Position numbers and translations under genes: made by a program. Under the pieces are notes generated by a model. The model searched no databases and was not told the DNA's origin. It was given only the letters and a program-made list of their open reading frames with translations. This document shows positions 36,428 through 45,180 of a stretch of DNA of 64,000 bases, piece by piece (within the stretch, counting starts at the first letter, position 1; each line of letters opens with the position of its first letter). This DNA comes from Deltaproteobacteria bacterium (GTDB lineage: Bacteria > Desulfobacterota > Syntrophia > Syntrophales > Smithellaceae). The stretch is from assembly GCA_022710585.1 (NCBI GenBank), contig JAKLGV010000015.1, forward strand, positions 5,623-69,622, given 5' to 3'.

Positions 36428-37435
36428 ATGATGATATCAAAAATAGTCCAACCGGTTCTGGTCACGGGAGCCACCGGATTCATCGGCAGCAGAGTCGTGC
36501 ATAAGCTTTTACAAAACGGAGTCGCGGTGAAAGTACTGGCGCTCCCCGGTGAAGCAATACCGGACGAATGGGCCGAAAAAGTCGAGATTGTCCGCGGCAG
36601 CATATCCGATCCTCAGGCGGTGGAAAAAGCGGCCAAAGACGCCAAAACGATCATTCATCTGGTTGCCATTGTTACCGACTGGGGGGACGAGAAAAAGTAC
36701 TGGGACTTTACGGTCGAAGGAAGTCGGAAGATTTTTGACCAAGCCGTCAGAAATAATGCCCGCGTCGTGCTGGCTTCCAGCATTGTGGTTTATGGAGACA
36801 AAATTTACAGCCAGCCCTGCCCTGAAGAAACTCCATACGGAAAAACATTTGGCCCCTACAGCCGGACCAAACAGGCACAGGAAAATCTCGCCTGGAATTA
36901 TCATAAAGAAAAAGGAATGAAGCTCACCGTGGTTCGTCCGGCTAATGTCTACGGCCCGCGTTCAGGCCCCTGGCTTCATGATATCATTAACGTTCTTCGC
37001 AGCGGTTCGCCCGGTCTGATCTCCGGAGGAAATATGAACGCGGGACTTGCGTATGTGGACAACGTTGCCGATATTCTTATCCTCGCGGGATCAACGGAAA
37101 AAGCAATCGGCAGAGCTTATAATGCCTCCGATTGCACAGACGTTACATGGAAACAGTATTTTACGGATATCGCTGATATGATCGGAGCAAACAAACCTAA
37201 GTCAATCCCCCGGCCTTTAGCTGCCGTCGGCGCCAGCGCCCTGGAAGGCATATGGAAACTGCTCGGCATTCAAAAACGCCCTCTGATCACCCGTGAAGCG
37301 CTGAATCTGATCGGATCAAACAATCGCATTCCCAATGACAGAGTCCGGAAGGAATTGCAATATCATCCACGAATTTCTTATTCGGAAGGTCTGCAGCGCA
37401 CCAGAGAATATTTATTAAGAGATTTTTCAAAATAA
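36428..37435 (+). CDS. NAD(P)-dependent epimerase/dehydratase family oxidoreductase (extended SDR, 3-beta-HSD/aldehyde-reductase-like)
   Basis: Rossmann motif VLVTGATGFIGSRVV and catalytic YSRTK. 335 aa. Confidence 0.85.
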   Translation: MMISKIVQPVLVTGATGFIGSRVVHKLLQNGVAVKVLALPGEAIPDEWAEKVEIVRGSISDPQAVEKAAKDAKTIIHLVAIVTDWGDEKKYWDFTVEGSRKIFDQAVRNNARVVLASSIVVYGDKIYSQPCPEETPYGKTFGPYSRTKQAQENLAWNYHKEKGMKLTVVRPANVYGPRSGPWLHDIINVLRSGSPGLISGGNMNAGLAYVDNVADILILAGSTEKAIGRAYNASDCTDVTWKQYFTDIADMIGANKPKSIPRPLAAVGASALEGIWKLLGIQKRPLITREALNLIGSNNRIPNDRVRKELQYHPRISYSEGLQRTREYLLRDFSK

Positions 37436-37451
37436 TCCGAAGGATTTTTTT

Positions 37452-38285
37452 ATGGCTTACTTTTCCGGCAAACTCGTTTATATCACCGGCGGCTCCAGCG
37501 GCATCGGGCTGGCAGCGGCAAATTTGCTGGCAGCGGAAGGTTGCCGTCTCGTTCTGATCGCGAGAGGAGAACCGCTTCTCGACAAGGCCTGCAAAACCAT
37601 CGCGAGTCAAACAGATCAAACCGCGCAAGCCATCAACTTCATATGCATGGATGTCGCCAATAACGATGACGTCCGGCAGAAAATCAAAACCGCCGTCGAA
37701 ACCTTCGGCATCCCCGACATACTGATCAATAGCGCGGGGATTGGCACCGGTGATTATTTTGAAAATATTTCTTACGAACAGTTTGACAAGGCCATGAAAA
37801 TAAATGTGTACGGCACGAGAAACGTCATCAGCGCCACGCTTCCCTATATGAAACAGAAAGGCGGCGGACATATTGTCAATATTGCTTCCGTGGCCGGATT
37901 GATCGGCATGTTCGGCTACACGACTTACAGCACCACCAAATACGCCATCGTGGGTTTTACGGAATGCCTGCGTAGCGAACTCAAGCGATTTAATATTAAA
38001 GTGACGCTGATCTGCCCCCCGGAAGTCAAAACGCCTTTTATCCATGAAGAAGCGAAGACGCTGCCGCCCGAGGCACGGGTTGTCAAGAATCTTGCAGGTC
38101 TGTTAACACCGGAAGAGGCGGCAAAGGCCATTGTCCAGAGCATCAAAGGACGAAAATTCCTGGTGGTGCCGGGCGTCATGGCCAAATCAATGCTATTCTG
38201 GCACCGCATCAGCAACGGATTGCTGACGCGTGTGCCTTCGGATCTGATTATTAAATTTGCTTCCCGGCCGTCGCTTAAAAAATAA
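37452..38285 (+). CDS. classical short-chain dehydrogenase/reductase (3-ketosphinganine-reductase-like)
   Basis: ITGGSSGIGLAAA cofactor motif, NSAG, and catalytic YSTTKYAIVGF. 277 aa. Confidence 0.85.
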   Translation: MAYFSGKLVYITGGSSGIGLAAANLLAAEGCRLVLIARGEPLLDKACKTIASQTDQTAQAINFICMDVANNDDVRQKIKTAVETFGIPDILINSAGIGTGDYFENISYEQFDKAMKINVYGTRNVISATLPYMKQKGGGHIVNIASVAGLIGMFGYTTYSTTKYAIVGFTECLRSELKRFNIKVTLICPPEVKTPFIHEEAKTLPPEARVVKNLAGLLTPEEAAKAIVQSIKGRKFLVVPGVMAKSMLFWHRISNGLLTRVPSDLIIKFASRPSLKK

Positions 38286-38341
38286 TCAAAGGATTTGATC
38301 ACCTGCTCCCTGAATGATAGAACCTGTGCCGCCGGCAACAA

Positions 38342-38932
38342 TTATTTCGCCGGATCCGCTGGATTACGATCCTGGAGCCTTATCCCCTGCACATCGCGTT
38401 TTTTTCTGTCCACGCTGGAAAAATCGTCCTCGATTACAATCAAAAAGGGTCTGCTATCATAGACCCATCTCTGGAAAACAGCGCCGTCATAGAACACCTC
38501 CGTATAAACACCGGATGGCACCGTCTGCTGTTCTTTAAGAAAACAAAACGGATCATACCGATGCGTCCAGTCGCCCTTCTCACATACAAAGGTCAGCCAT
38601 TTCCCCGCTTCAAAGCTGACATCCACCGTATCTTCTGTGCTGTTCATGGCGATCCCGGGCAGCTTGTCGCTGAAGTTGATTTCTTCTATAAGTTTCCCTT
38701 TGACAGACTTCAGCGTATGACCTTCCGCAATTTTTTTGCTGTCGAGCGTCGTCACCTCTCTGTATAACCGGAGAGGATGGGATAAGTAAAACTGGACATT
38801 CTTGATATCGTCATTCGTCAACGCGTACTTTTCTTTTAAGTTCGACGTAAAGGGAACGTAGTGAACACAGGAACTCAAGAACAATGATAATAAAATCATT
38901 GCAAGGGTATTGAGCAGAGATCTCATGGCCAT
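38342..38932 (-). CDS. hypothetical lipoprotein
   Basis: Lipobox LFLSSC in MAMRSLLNTLAMILLSLFLSSCVH. No recognised domain. Confidence 0.6.
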   Translation of the reverse strand: MAMRSLLNTLAMILLSLFLSSCVHYVPFTSNLKEKYALTNDDIKNVQFYLSHPLRLYREVTTLDSKKIAEGHTLKSVKGKLIEEINFSDKLPGIAMNSTEDTVDVSFEAGKWLTFVCEKGDWTHRYDPFCFLKEQQTVPSGVYTEVFYDGAVFQRWVYDSRPFLIVIEDDFSSVDRKKRDVQGIRLQDRNPADPAK

Positions 38933-38999
38933 CCTCCTTTTTTACGATAATATTTTAATTTATGTCATCAACGCATGGCTCGCCGACAATCGAAGAAGC

Positions 39000-39689
39000 C
39001 TAGAAACGGAACTTGAATCCCAGGGTCACCATGCTGGTTGAAAATTCAATGTCGCGGGAATCTTCATGTTCATGATCATAGTCGTCATCATCATCATCTA
39101 ATTCCATTTCTGTTACAAAATAACGATAGCCGAGATCCAACGACAGGTTGTAGGCCAGGTCAAATTCCACTCCCGCCATCAGTTGCCAGGCATATCCCGT
39201 GTCATCTCCCCGGCTGATCCATTCTCCGTCTTCAGCGGACATTTCATGATGGGAAAATCCAATCCCTCCACCGCCGTAGGGATGAACGACGCCGAAGGGA
39301 ATTTTCCAGATGATATTGAACATGAAATTGTTGAACTCGATGTCTCCCACGGTCTCGTCATAATAAGTCATATCCGGATTCAGATAGAGATATTCCAGCT
39401 CCAGAGCCAGCACTCTGAATTGCGGAGGAGAAAAACCAAGCTTGGCCCCGAATACGGCGGCTTCATCAATATCTAAATTGATGTCATATTCGTCACAATC
39501 CCAATCATCACAATACTCATAACTTAAATCGGGAGCGATGGTATAGCCTCCCCATATGCCAAAATATCCTCCGACCTGGTAAGCGCTGCTATAATATCCT
39601 CCACTTTGAGCCGACGCTGATTTCAGTGGGTAAGCAGCAAACAATACAGCGACTGTTAAGATAAAAATAAAACTGGCTGCTTTTTTCAT
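39000..39689 (-). CDS. small outer-membrane beta-barrel protein with acidic loop inserts
   Basis: Signal peptide ...KSASA/QS, alternating aromatic strands and a terminal GFKFRF. Acidic runs CDDWDCDEYD and DDDDDDYDHEHED. Confidence 0.7.
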   Translation of the reverse strand: MKKAASFIFILTVAVLFAAYPLKSASAQSGGYYSSAYQVGGYFGIWGGYTIAPDLSYEYCDDWDCDEYDINLDIDEAAVFGAKLGFSPPQFRVLALELEYLYLNPDMTYYDETVGDIEFNNFMFNIIWKIPFGVVHPYGGGGIGFSHHEMSAEDGEWISRGDDTGYAWQLMAGVEFDLAYNLSLDLGYRYFVTEMELDDDDDDYDHEHEDSRDIEFSTSMVTLGFKFRF

Positions 39690-39787
39690 ATCTCTTCTCC
39701 TTTCCTTTGTTTTAAATGTATTTTAAATCTTTATACAGGATTTGCCAAGCTTCATCTTTTAACCTCACATTGCCCGTTGACTGCTGA

Positions 39788-41740
39788 CTATGGTGGCGAT
39801 ACTGAAGGCAGTACTGAAACTGACTTGAGATGTTCCAGAAGGATCCTCCGCACTTCTTCTATCGTCAGGGGGTGTCCCTGGCAGGAATGGCCGGACCGTA
39901 CGATATACTCGGACTCCACACCTTCCTGATGAGCGCTTTTGTACTCTACAACTCCATCATTCCCTTGCGGCGGTATGTCGTCTCCATCGATGGCAATGAT
40001 GGAGTGGGTCTTTACGCCGGAAGCTACCGGCAGTTCCGCCAGCGTCTGCAGAATCGGATTATCGGGTGACATGCCATCAACACTGGTGGGGAGTTTGTTG
40101 CCGATATCGATGGGCAACTTCAACTGACGAAACAAATTACTCAGAATATTGGGATTCCCGGCCACAACATTATAGGGAAGCGTCAGAACGTCCATGGGCA
40201 GGGATACAATTCTCTTAATGATGCCACGGACCCAGTTCTTGGCCTGAAAACTGCCGCGAAACGGCGCGGAAATGTACACCGTCCGCTTGACAAAAGGAAG
40301 AGGTTCAACAAAGGCCCATTTGCGCAGTAGCGCTTTCATTTCCGGTGGCGTGTCCAGGTCTTCGAAGTTTTTATCGCTGACCGACCTCCAGAGCGCATCT
40401 CCGGATTTAACCGCAGTCAATTTTGTCAGAAGCCCTCCCTGGCTGTGGCCGATAACAACCATCTGCTGCAGCGCCGTGTCATCTCCTTTGGGATCAATCC
40501 TGGCGATCGTATCGGACAGGATACTGCGCAAATCACTGGCCGAGGCTACAAAAGGCAGACTGCTGTTGTAGAAAAAAAACCAGAACTGAAAGCGTTTACG
40601 CAGCACCGGATCGGCGCTGAGCGTATTCCACATCTCCCCCCACCAGACAGGACTGCTGGCCGTGCCGTGAACAAACACGAGCGGTATCTTTCCCCTTTGG
40701 TAGGGTTGAATCATCAACAGCTCCGATTTCTTTTTTCCCGGAGTTAAAAACGACTGAATTCCCAGATCCCAGATCGGAGCATCATTGAGCTGGTAAGCAA
40801 TCGGTGTTGTGGAATCAGTTTCCAGGGGGACTTTATGGTCATTGATCATGGTTTCAACTTCGTCATATCCCGAATAGAGCTCCAGGGAAGCGCGGGCGGC
40901 GTTGTTGCTCAGGGCGTTGATATCCCCTTCGATCTTCAGCAGCGCCGTGACCGGTATCGCCATACCGCGAGGCGACTGCTTCGTTTTTTTCTTAATGGCT
41001 ACCAGGGGTAACCCGATACCCGCAGTCCGGTTGCGTGTTGTCAGTCCGCGCACTTCATAATCATCTGCCGCCAGGAAGGACTGAAAGTCTTCCAGCGGAA
41101 TACCGAGGGAGTTTTTGATGGGGACGAGAGTGATATCACCGACAGGCAGACGGTGGACCTGTTTTTTGAATTTCCAGTCGCCATTTTCGCCGAGCGCCAG
41201 ACCTCGGCCCAATGCGCGATTATAAAGTTCACTGGCAGTTATAAATCTGCGATCATAGGGTCGGGGAGAATTTTCGTTTGCCCGTCCATAAAGATAATAA
41301 TAGGCATAGATGGAAGACATCAGGAAGTAATCTTTATCCAATCCCGTCTGATCAGGAGAAATTGCGTTCCTTAATCGTTCTCCATGAAAAAAGCTCAATT
41401 CCGCCAGAGCAAAAAGGATATCCCGTCTCGCGTCCTTTAGAGCCTTCTCGTGGAGCAAGGCAATCACGCCGGCCGTGTCCTTGTCCAAACGGTCAAGCAG
41501 ATTGAAACGCTTCAGCAGAACCTTTGTGTAGGAACTGATCTCATCCGCAGAGAGGGCATTGGCATTAATGGACTTGTATGAATCCCTCAGTTCCACCTTC
41601 TTAACACCAATCGGTGTGGCACAGGCACAGAGCGACATAATCAGAATAAAGATGAGAACGACTCGAAATATACGTGAAATAATTTCACGACTGATTTTTA
41701 CTGCCAAACAATCATATCCTTTAGTTTGATTGATCATCAC
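39788..41740 (-). CDS. alpha/beta-hydrolase (lipase/esterase-like) lipoprotein, 650 aa
   Basis: Lipobox ILIMSLCAC. Oxyanion-region LVFVHGTASS and nucleophile elbow VIGHSQGG. Confidence 0.75.
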   Translation of the reverse strand: MMINQTKGYDCLAVKISREIISRIFRVVLIFILIMSLCACATPIGVKKVELRDSYKSINANALSADEISSYTKVLLKRFNLLDRLDKDTAGVIALLHEKALKDARRDILFALAELSFFHGERLRNAISPDQTGLDKDYFLMSSIYAYYYLYGRANENSPRPYDRRFITASELYNRALGRGLALGENGDWKFKKQVHRLPVGDITLVPIKNSLGIPLEDFQSFLAADDYEVRGLTTRNRTAGIGLPLVAIKKKTKQSPRGMAIPVTALLKIEGDINALSNNAARASLELYSGYDEVETMINDHKVPLETDSTTPIAYQLNDAPIWDLGIQSFLTPGKKKSELLMIQPYQRGKIPLVFVHGTASSPVWWGEMWNTLSADPVLRKRFQFWFFFYNSSLPFVASASDLRSILSDTIARIDPKGDDTALQQMVVIGHSQGGLLTKLTAVKSGDALWRSVSDKNFEDLDTPPEMKALLRKWAFVEPLPFVKRTVYISAPFRGSFQAKNWVRGIIKRIVSLPMDVLTLPYNVVAGNPNILSNLFRQLKLPIDIGNKLPTSVDGMSPDNPILQTLAELPVASGVKTHSIIAIDGDDIPPQGNDGVVEYKSAHQEGVESEYIVRSGHSCQGHPLTIEEVRRILLEHLKSVSVLPSVSPP

Positions 41741-41779
41741 CGGACTCCTTTCTCCGATTCTCCTGGAACAATTCTGAAT

Positions 41780-42778
41780 TTATATCCCGGGTAATCCCTC
41801 ACGGATCTTTTGCGAGAAATTGGGATCCTTATCCGCGGCCCGGCCGCGGGCATTCACATGGCTTACGGCCTTGAGTTTTTCAAAAGGCAGGCTCTGATCC
41901 AGAATCTTTTCTTCATAGATAAACTGATCACCAAAGCCGTTCACGATGATTCGCCAGTCGAGCTTCGCGTGAGGATTATAGGGAGCTGTGTGGCCCCTCA
42001 GTGCGGTCGTGCAATTATCGGTCAGGGCGTTGTACCATTCGGGCGCGTCCTTCAACCGGTTCACCTCCCGGAGATAGTCGAGAAATACTTTCCGGATAAT
42101 CTCCGGCTGTGCCTTCAGGCGATAAAGATAGACATCCTCATTGCGGTAGTTGGTGCGCAGACGCACCAGATCGCGTTCGTCGGCGACGACATAAGTAATC
42201 TCGTACTGTCTGAAAAATCCTTTGATTGCGGAATAGTCTTCCCCTTTCTCTTTACGGGTCTCGATGGAAATGCACACGAAATTTCCGTCGCCGAAGCCAA
42301 AGCTGAACATCGTGTGGGCGATATACGGAGACCCCCAATACACCAGAAAAAGATCGGCACTTTGCAGTTTTGACAGGTCGAAGGTTTTGTCGTAATGGCG
42401 AACGGTATAATCGGTCTCCGTTCGATAATCACAGTTGCGGATGTTATGAATCGTCACCATGTTTCCGTTGATCGTTGCGTACGGCAAAACCGCCACATCA
42501 GGTTGCCAGGCCCTGTTATTGCTGGGTGGAATAGTGAACCACCAGACTAAAACAACGACAAAGATTCCGATAAAGACCATAAAAGCTCTCCGTCGGGGCC
42601 GGACTACAAAGAGAACAAAAAAGGAAATAAGGCCATACAGAATAGTCGTAACCAGACGAATGGGGTCCGGTAAATTTGAGTAATAAATGGCCAGCGATGC
42701 CCAACCGATCATCAGAAAGACGGTCAGAGCAAGCAATGTCCAGCTACCTATTTTCAATATTTTTCTGATGATGTTCAT
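41780..42778 (-). CDS. DUF4105 (Lnb N-terminal-like) membrane protein
   Basis: Two or three N-terminal TM helices, then WGSPYIAHTMFSFGFGDGNFVCISIETRKEKGEDYSAIKGFFRQYEITYVVADERD, which resembles the DUF4105 core. Confidence 0.6.
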   Translation of the reverse strand: MNIIRKILKIGSWTLLALTVFLMIGWASLAIYYSNLPDPIRLVTTILYGLISFFVLFVVRPRRRAFMVFIGIFVVVLVWWFTIPPSNNRAWQPDVAVLPYATINGNMVTIHNIRNCDYRTETDYTVRHYDKTFDLSKLQSADLFLVYWGSPYIAHTMFSFGFGDGNFVCISIETRKEKGEDYSAIKGFFRQYEITYVVADERDLVRLRTNYRNEDVYLYRLKAQPEIIRKVFLDYLREVNRLKDAPEWYNALTDNCTTALRGHTAPYNPHAKLDWRIIVNGFGDQFIYEEKILDQSLPFEKLKAVSHVNARGRAADKDPNFSQKIREGLPGI

Positions 42779-42782
42779 CTCA

Positions 42783-44030
42783 TTACCACTTCGTTGCCAG
42801 ACCGAAGACGAGGCCGTAATTGGTTGTATATTTCACCTCGATATCCCCGGCAACCGGAACGTCATCCGCGGTAAACAGCGCTTCACCATACTGTATATAG
42901 GTCACGTCAAAAGCTACGCTGCGATTCTGCTGGTATTTATATTCGCATCCGAGACCGACACCCCACATCCGGTCAAGACGCATGGTCGCCGTGCGGTACT
43001 CCTTATCCTGCGGCGACGTGACGTAGAATGCGCCGCTCTTGATTTCCCACTGTGGTGTTAACGCATAATTGACGCCCAGCGTCGTGGCCCAGATATCATT
43101 GTAATGACCCGGTTGCGTATCGATGGAAGACTCTCCGATGGTAACTTCTTCCAATCCCCAATCGGAAAAGTTCACCCAGGCAACATCGACTGACATCGAC
43201 CAGCCGTTTTCAAACTCATGAAAAACGCCTGCATTCACGCCCTGGGGCGTGCTTGTATCGACGGAGATATCCTGTTTAAGAACTCCGAACTTATTGAGCA
43301 GTTCCCGTCGTTCTTCCGTGAGACCGGAGAGCTCGGGCTTGCCCTCTTCCGTCACTGAAACCTTGGAACGATAGGTCAGACCGAAGCGGGTGTGCTCCGT
43401 CAGCTCATAGAGAATCCCGACATTGACGCCTGCCCCCCAGCCATCAGCCGTCAATTCAAAGGTCCCGTCAGAAGATCCGGGCGACATATTGTAAACGGCC
43501 TTCTCCAGCGTGAATTGTGAATACACGATGGGCAGGGATGCCCCGATGGAAAGCTTGTCGTTGACACGATAGGCAACAGACGGTGCGATGCCCACAAACA
43601 TCAGTGACCATTCCTTCATCAGATAGCGGCCCATCCAGTCGTCGTCGCCGCTGGCCCCAAATCCCAGAGCCGAGTTAGGGCCAATTCCCACGGCCCAATG
43701 ATCGCCAATAGGCCGGGCATAGTATAATCCCGGCATGGCGGCCAGCATGTCGTCATCCATTGTTTGCGTGTATCCCGTGTTTTTAACCTTCGATTGGTCT
43801 TCACTCTTCAAATAGACGATCATCGGATTTCCATAAATACTGGGCTGCTTGAGTCTGGTCATGCCGGCCGGATTATTCACGACCGTTTCCGCGGAGTCCG
43901 CCGTGGCAGTAATCCCCGAAAAGCCCGGTCCCGCTGAAGCTGCGCCCGGAAGCAAAACCATAAAAAAGACCAAGTTGATGATCACTACTCCAAAAAAGTT
44001 TCTGAATTGTTTTCCTCTACTCTGATTCAA
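42783..44030 (-). CDS. FadL/OmpP1/TodX-family outer-membrane hydrophobic-compound channel
   Basis: Signal peptide, the family-typical N-terminal NPAGMTRL hatch motif, a roughly 400-aa barrel, and terminal FGLATKW. Confidence 0.8.
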   Translation of the reverse strand: MNQSRGKQFRNFFGVVIINLVFFMVLLPGAASAGPGFSGITATADSAETVVNNPAGMTRLKQPSIYGNPMIVYLKSEDQSKVKNTGYTQTMDDDMLAAMPGLYYARPIGDHWAVGIGPNSALGFGASGDDDWMGRYLMKEWSLMFVGIAPSVAYRVNDKLSIGASLPIVYSQFTLEKAVYNMSPGSSDGTFELTADGWGAGVNVGILYELTEHTRFGLTYRSKVSVTEEGKPELSGLTEERRELLNKFGVLKQDISVDTSTPQGVNAGVFHEFENGWSMSVDVAWVNFSDWGLEEVTIGESSIDTQPGHYNDIWATTLGVNYALTPQWEIKSGAFYVTSPQDKEYRTATMRLDRMWGVGLGCEYKYQQNRSVAFDVTYIQYGEALFTADDVPVAGDIEVKYTTNYGLVFGLATKW

Positions 44031-44096
44031 TTCCTTTTCTCCTCCGCTACAGGTTAACTTGTTTTATAACTTCACACACTCAAAAAACCTTAATCC

Positions 44097-45167
44097 TTAT
44101 CCTCCCGCCGAAATCGTCAGAACCGGTGCCGCATCTTTCCCGCCTGTCTCCATCAGCGTCATCACAAACAGCAGGAAGGAGAAGAGTCCTTTCGACGAGT
44201 AGTCCTTATCATCGATCCAGAACCAGCCCCCCCGATACGGAATGGCGGCAAAGGCATCTTTCGGCTCGTCTTCCGCATAGCGAATACGTATCATCACTCC
44301 TTTGATCCCCTCGCCTTCCGGTTTCATGGTCGGCAGAACCCGCTTTTCATCAACGTGCCCGGCAGGTACTTCAATGGTCGAAGCAATATCGTTGAGCAGT
44401 TCAAGCATCGAGCGAGTCAGCAGGGCAATTTCTTTGTCGTCAACCGGTATCGCCCCGTAGACGACTGTAAACTCGTCGGCCTTATCATTCAGTCCGAGGA
44501 TCTGCCGAATTTCCCGGCTCTGTGCTTCCTCATTATTCTTCTGCTTATGGAAGACCATAACAAGAGCGGTCTGGTTTTGTGTTTTTTTTATTCTGATGGC
44601 AGCGGCGCCCTCAGTCTGCATATCCCGTAGTTTCTCCAGAAGAACATAAAATTTCGGATCAGCCCGGTGCCTCCTGGCCGAACCGCCGAACTGGTTACTG
44701 ACGCCATTGACCGAATGAACGAGCAACCGGAAAACCAGGTCGATGGGGTATCCTCCCTCGACCAGACTCATGATGGTTGTCGGCGCGACGGGGGTCATAA
44801 GACTGCGGGCAAATTTCTCGCCGGTCAGCGGCGAATAAGTGATCGTCGGACGGTCGTAATAGCGGCCCGTGCCGCCAACTTCCTGATTGTTGCTTTGAGG
44901 CGGGAAGGACCAACCAAAAGTGCCGCGCAACTCGGCCTCCAGGGAATACTGGTTGGTAATCGAGGAAACATCAAGAAAAATCGGCGCGTCGCCATAGCGA
45001 ATCTTGACAATGTTAAGGAGCATCTGCCGTTTCCACGAATCAGCCACGGCTTTTGTATAGTCGAAGCGGTCTTTGTTGACCATACCAGGCCCGATACTCG
45101 CACAGCCGCTGACCAGCATGCAGATGCCGGCTACTCCGAGCATCAAAACTGAGAATCTTTTCATCAT
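44097..45167 (-). CDS. hypothetical lipoprotein
   Basis: The start is set at ATG 45167 (RBS GGGAGG), after the upstream stop at 45181. Lipobox MLVSGCAS. No recognised domain. Confidence 0.6.
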   Translation of the reverse strand: MMKRFSVLMLGVAGICMLVSGCASIGPGMVNKDRFDYTKAVADSWKRQMLLNIVKIRYGDAPIFLDVSSITNQYSLEAELRGTFGWSFPPQSNNQEVGGTGRYYDRPTITYSPLTGEKFARSLMTPVAPTTIMSLVEGGYPIDLVFRLLVHSVNGVSNQFGGSARRHRADPKFYVLLEKLRDMQTEGAAAIRIKKTQNQTALVMVFHKQKNNEEAQSREIRQILGLNDKADEFTVVYGAIPVDDKEIALLTRSMLELLNDIASTIEVPAGHVDEKRVLPTMKPEGEGIKGVMIRIRYAEDEPKDAFAAIPYRGGWFWIDDKDYSSKGLFSFLLFVMTLMETGGKDAAPVLTISAGG

Positions 45168-45180
45168 AACGAGACCTCCC

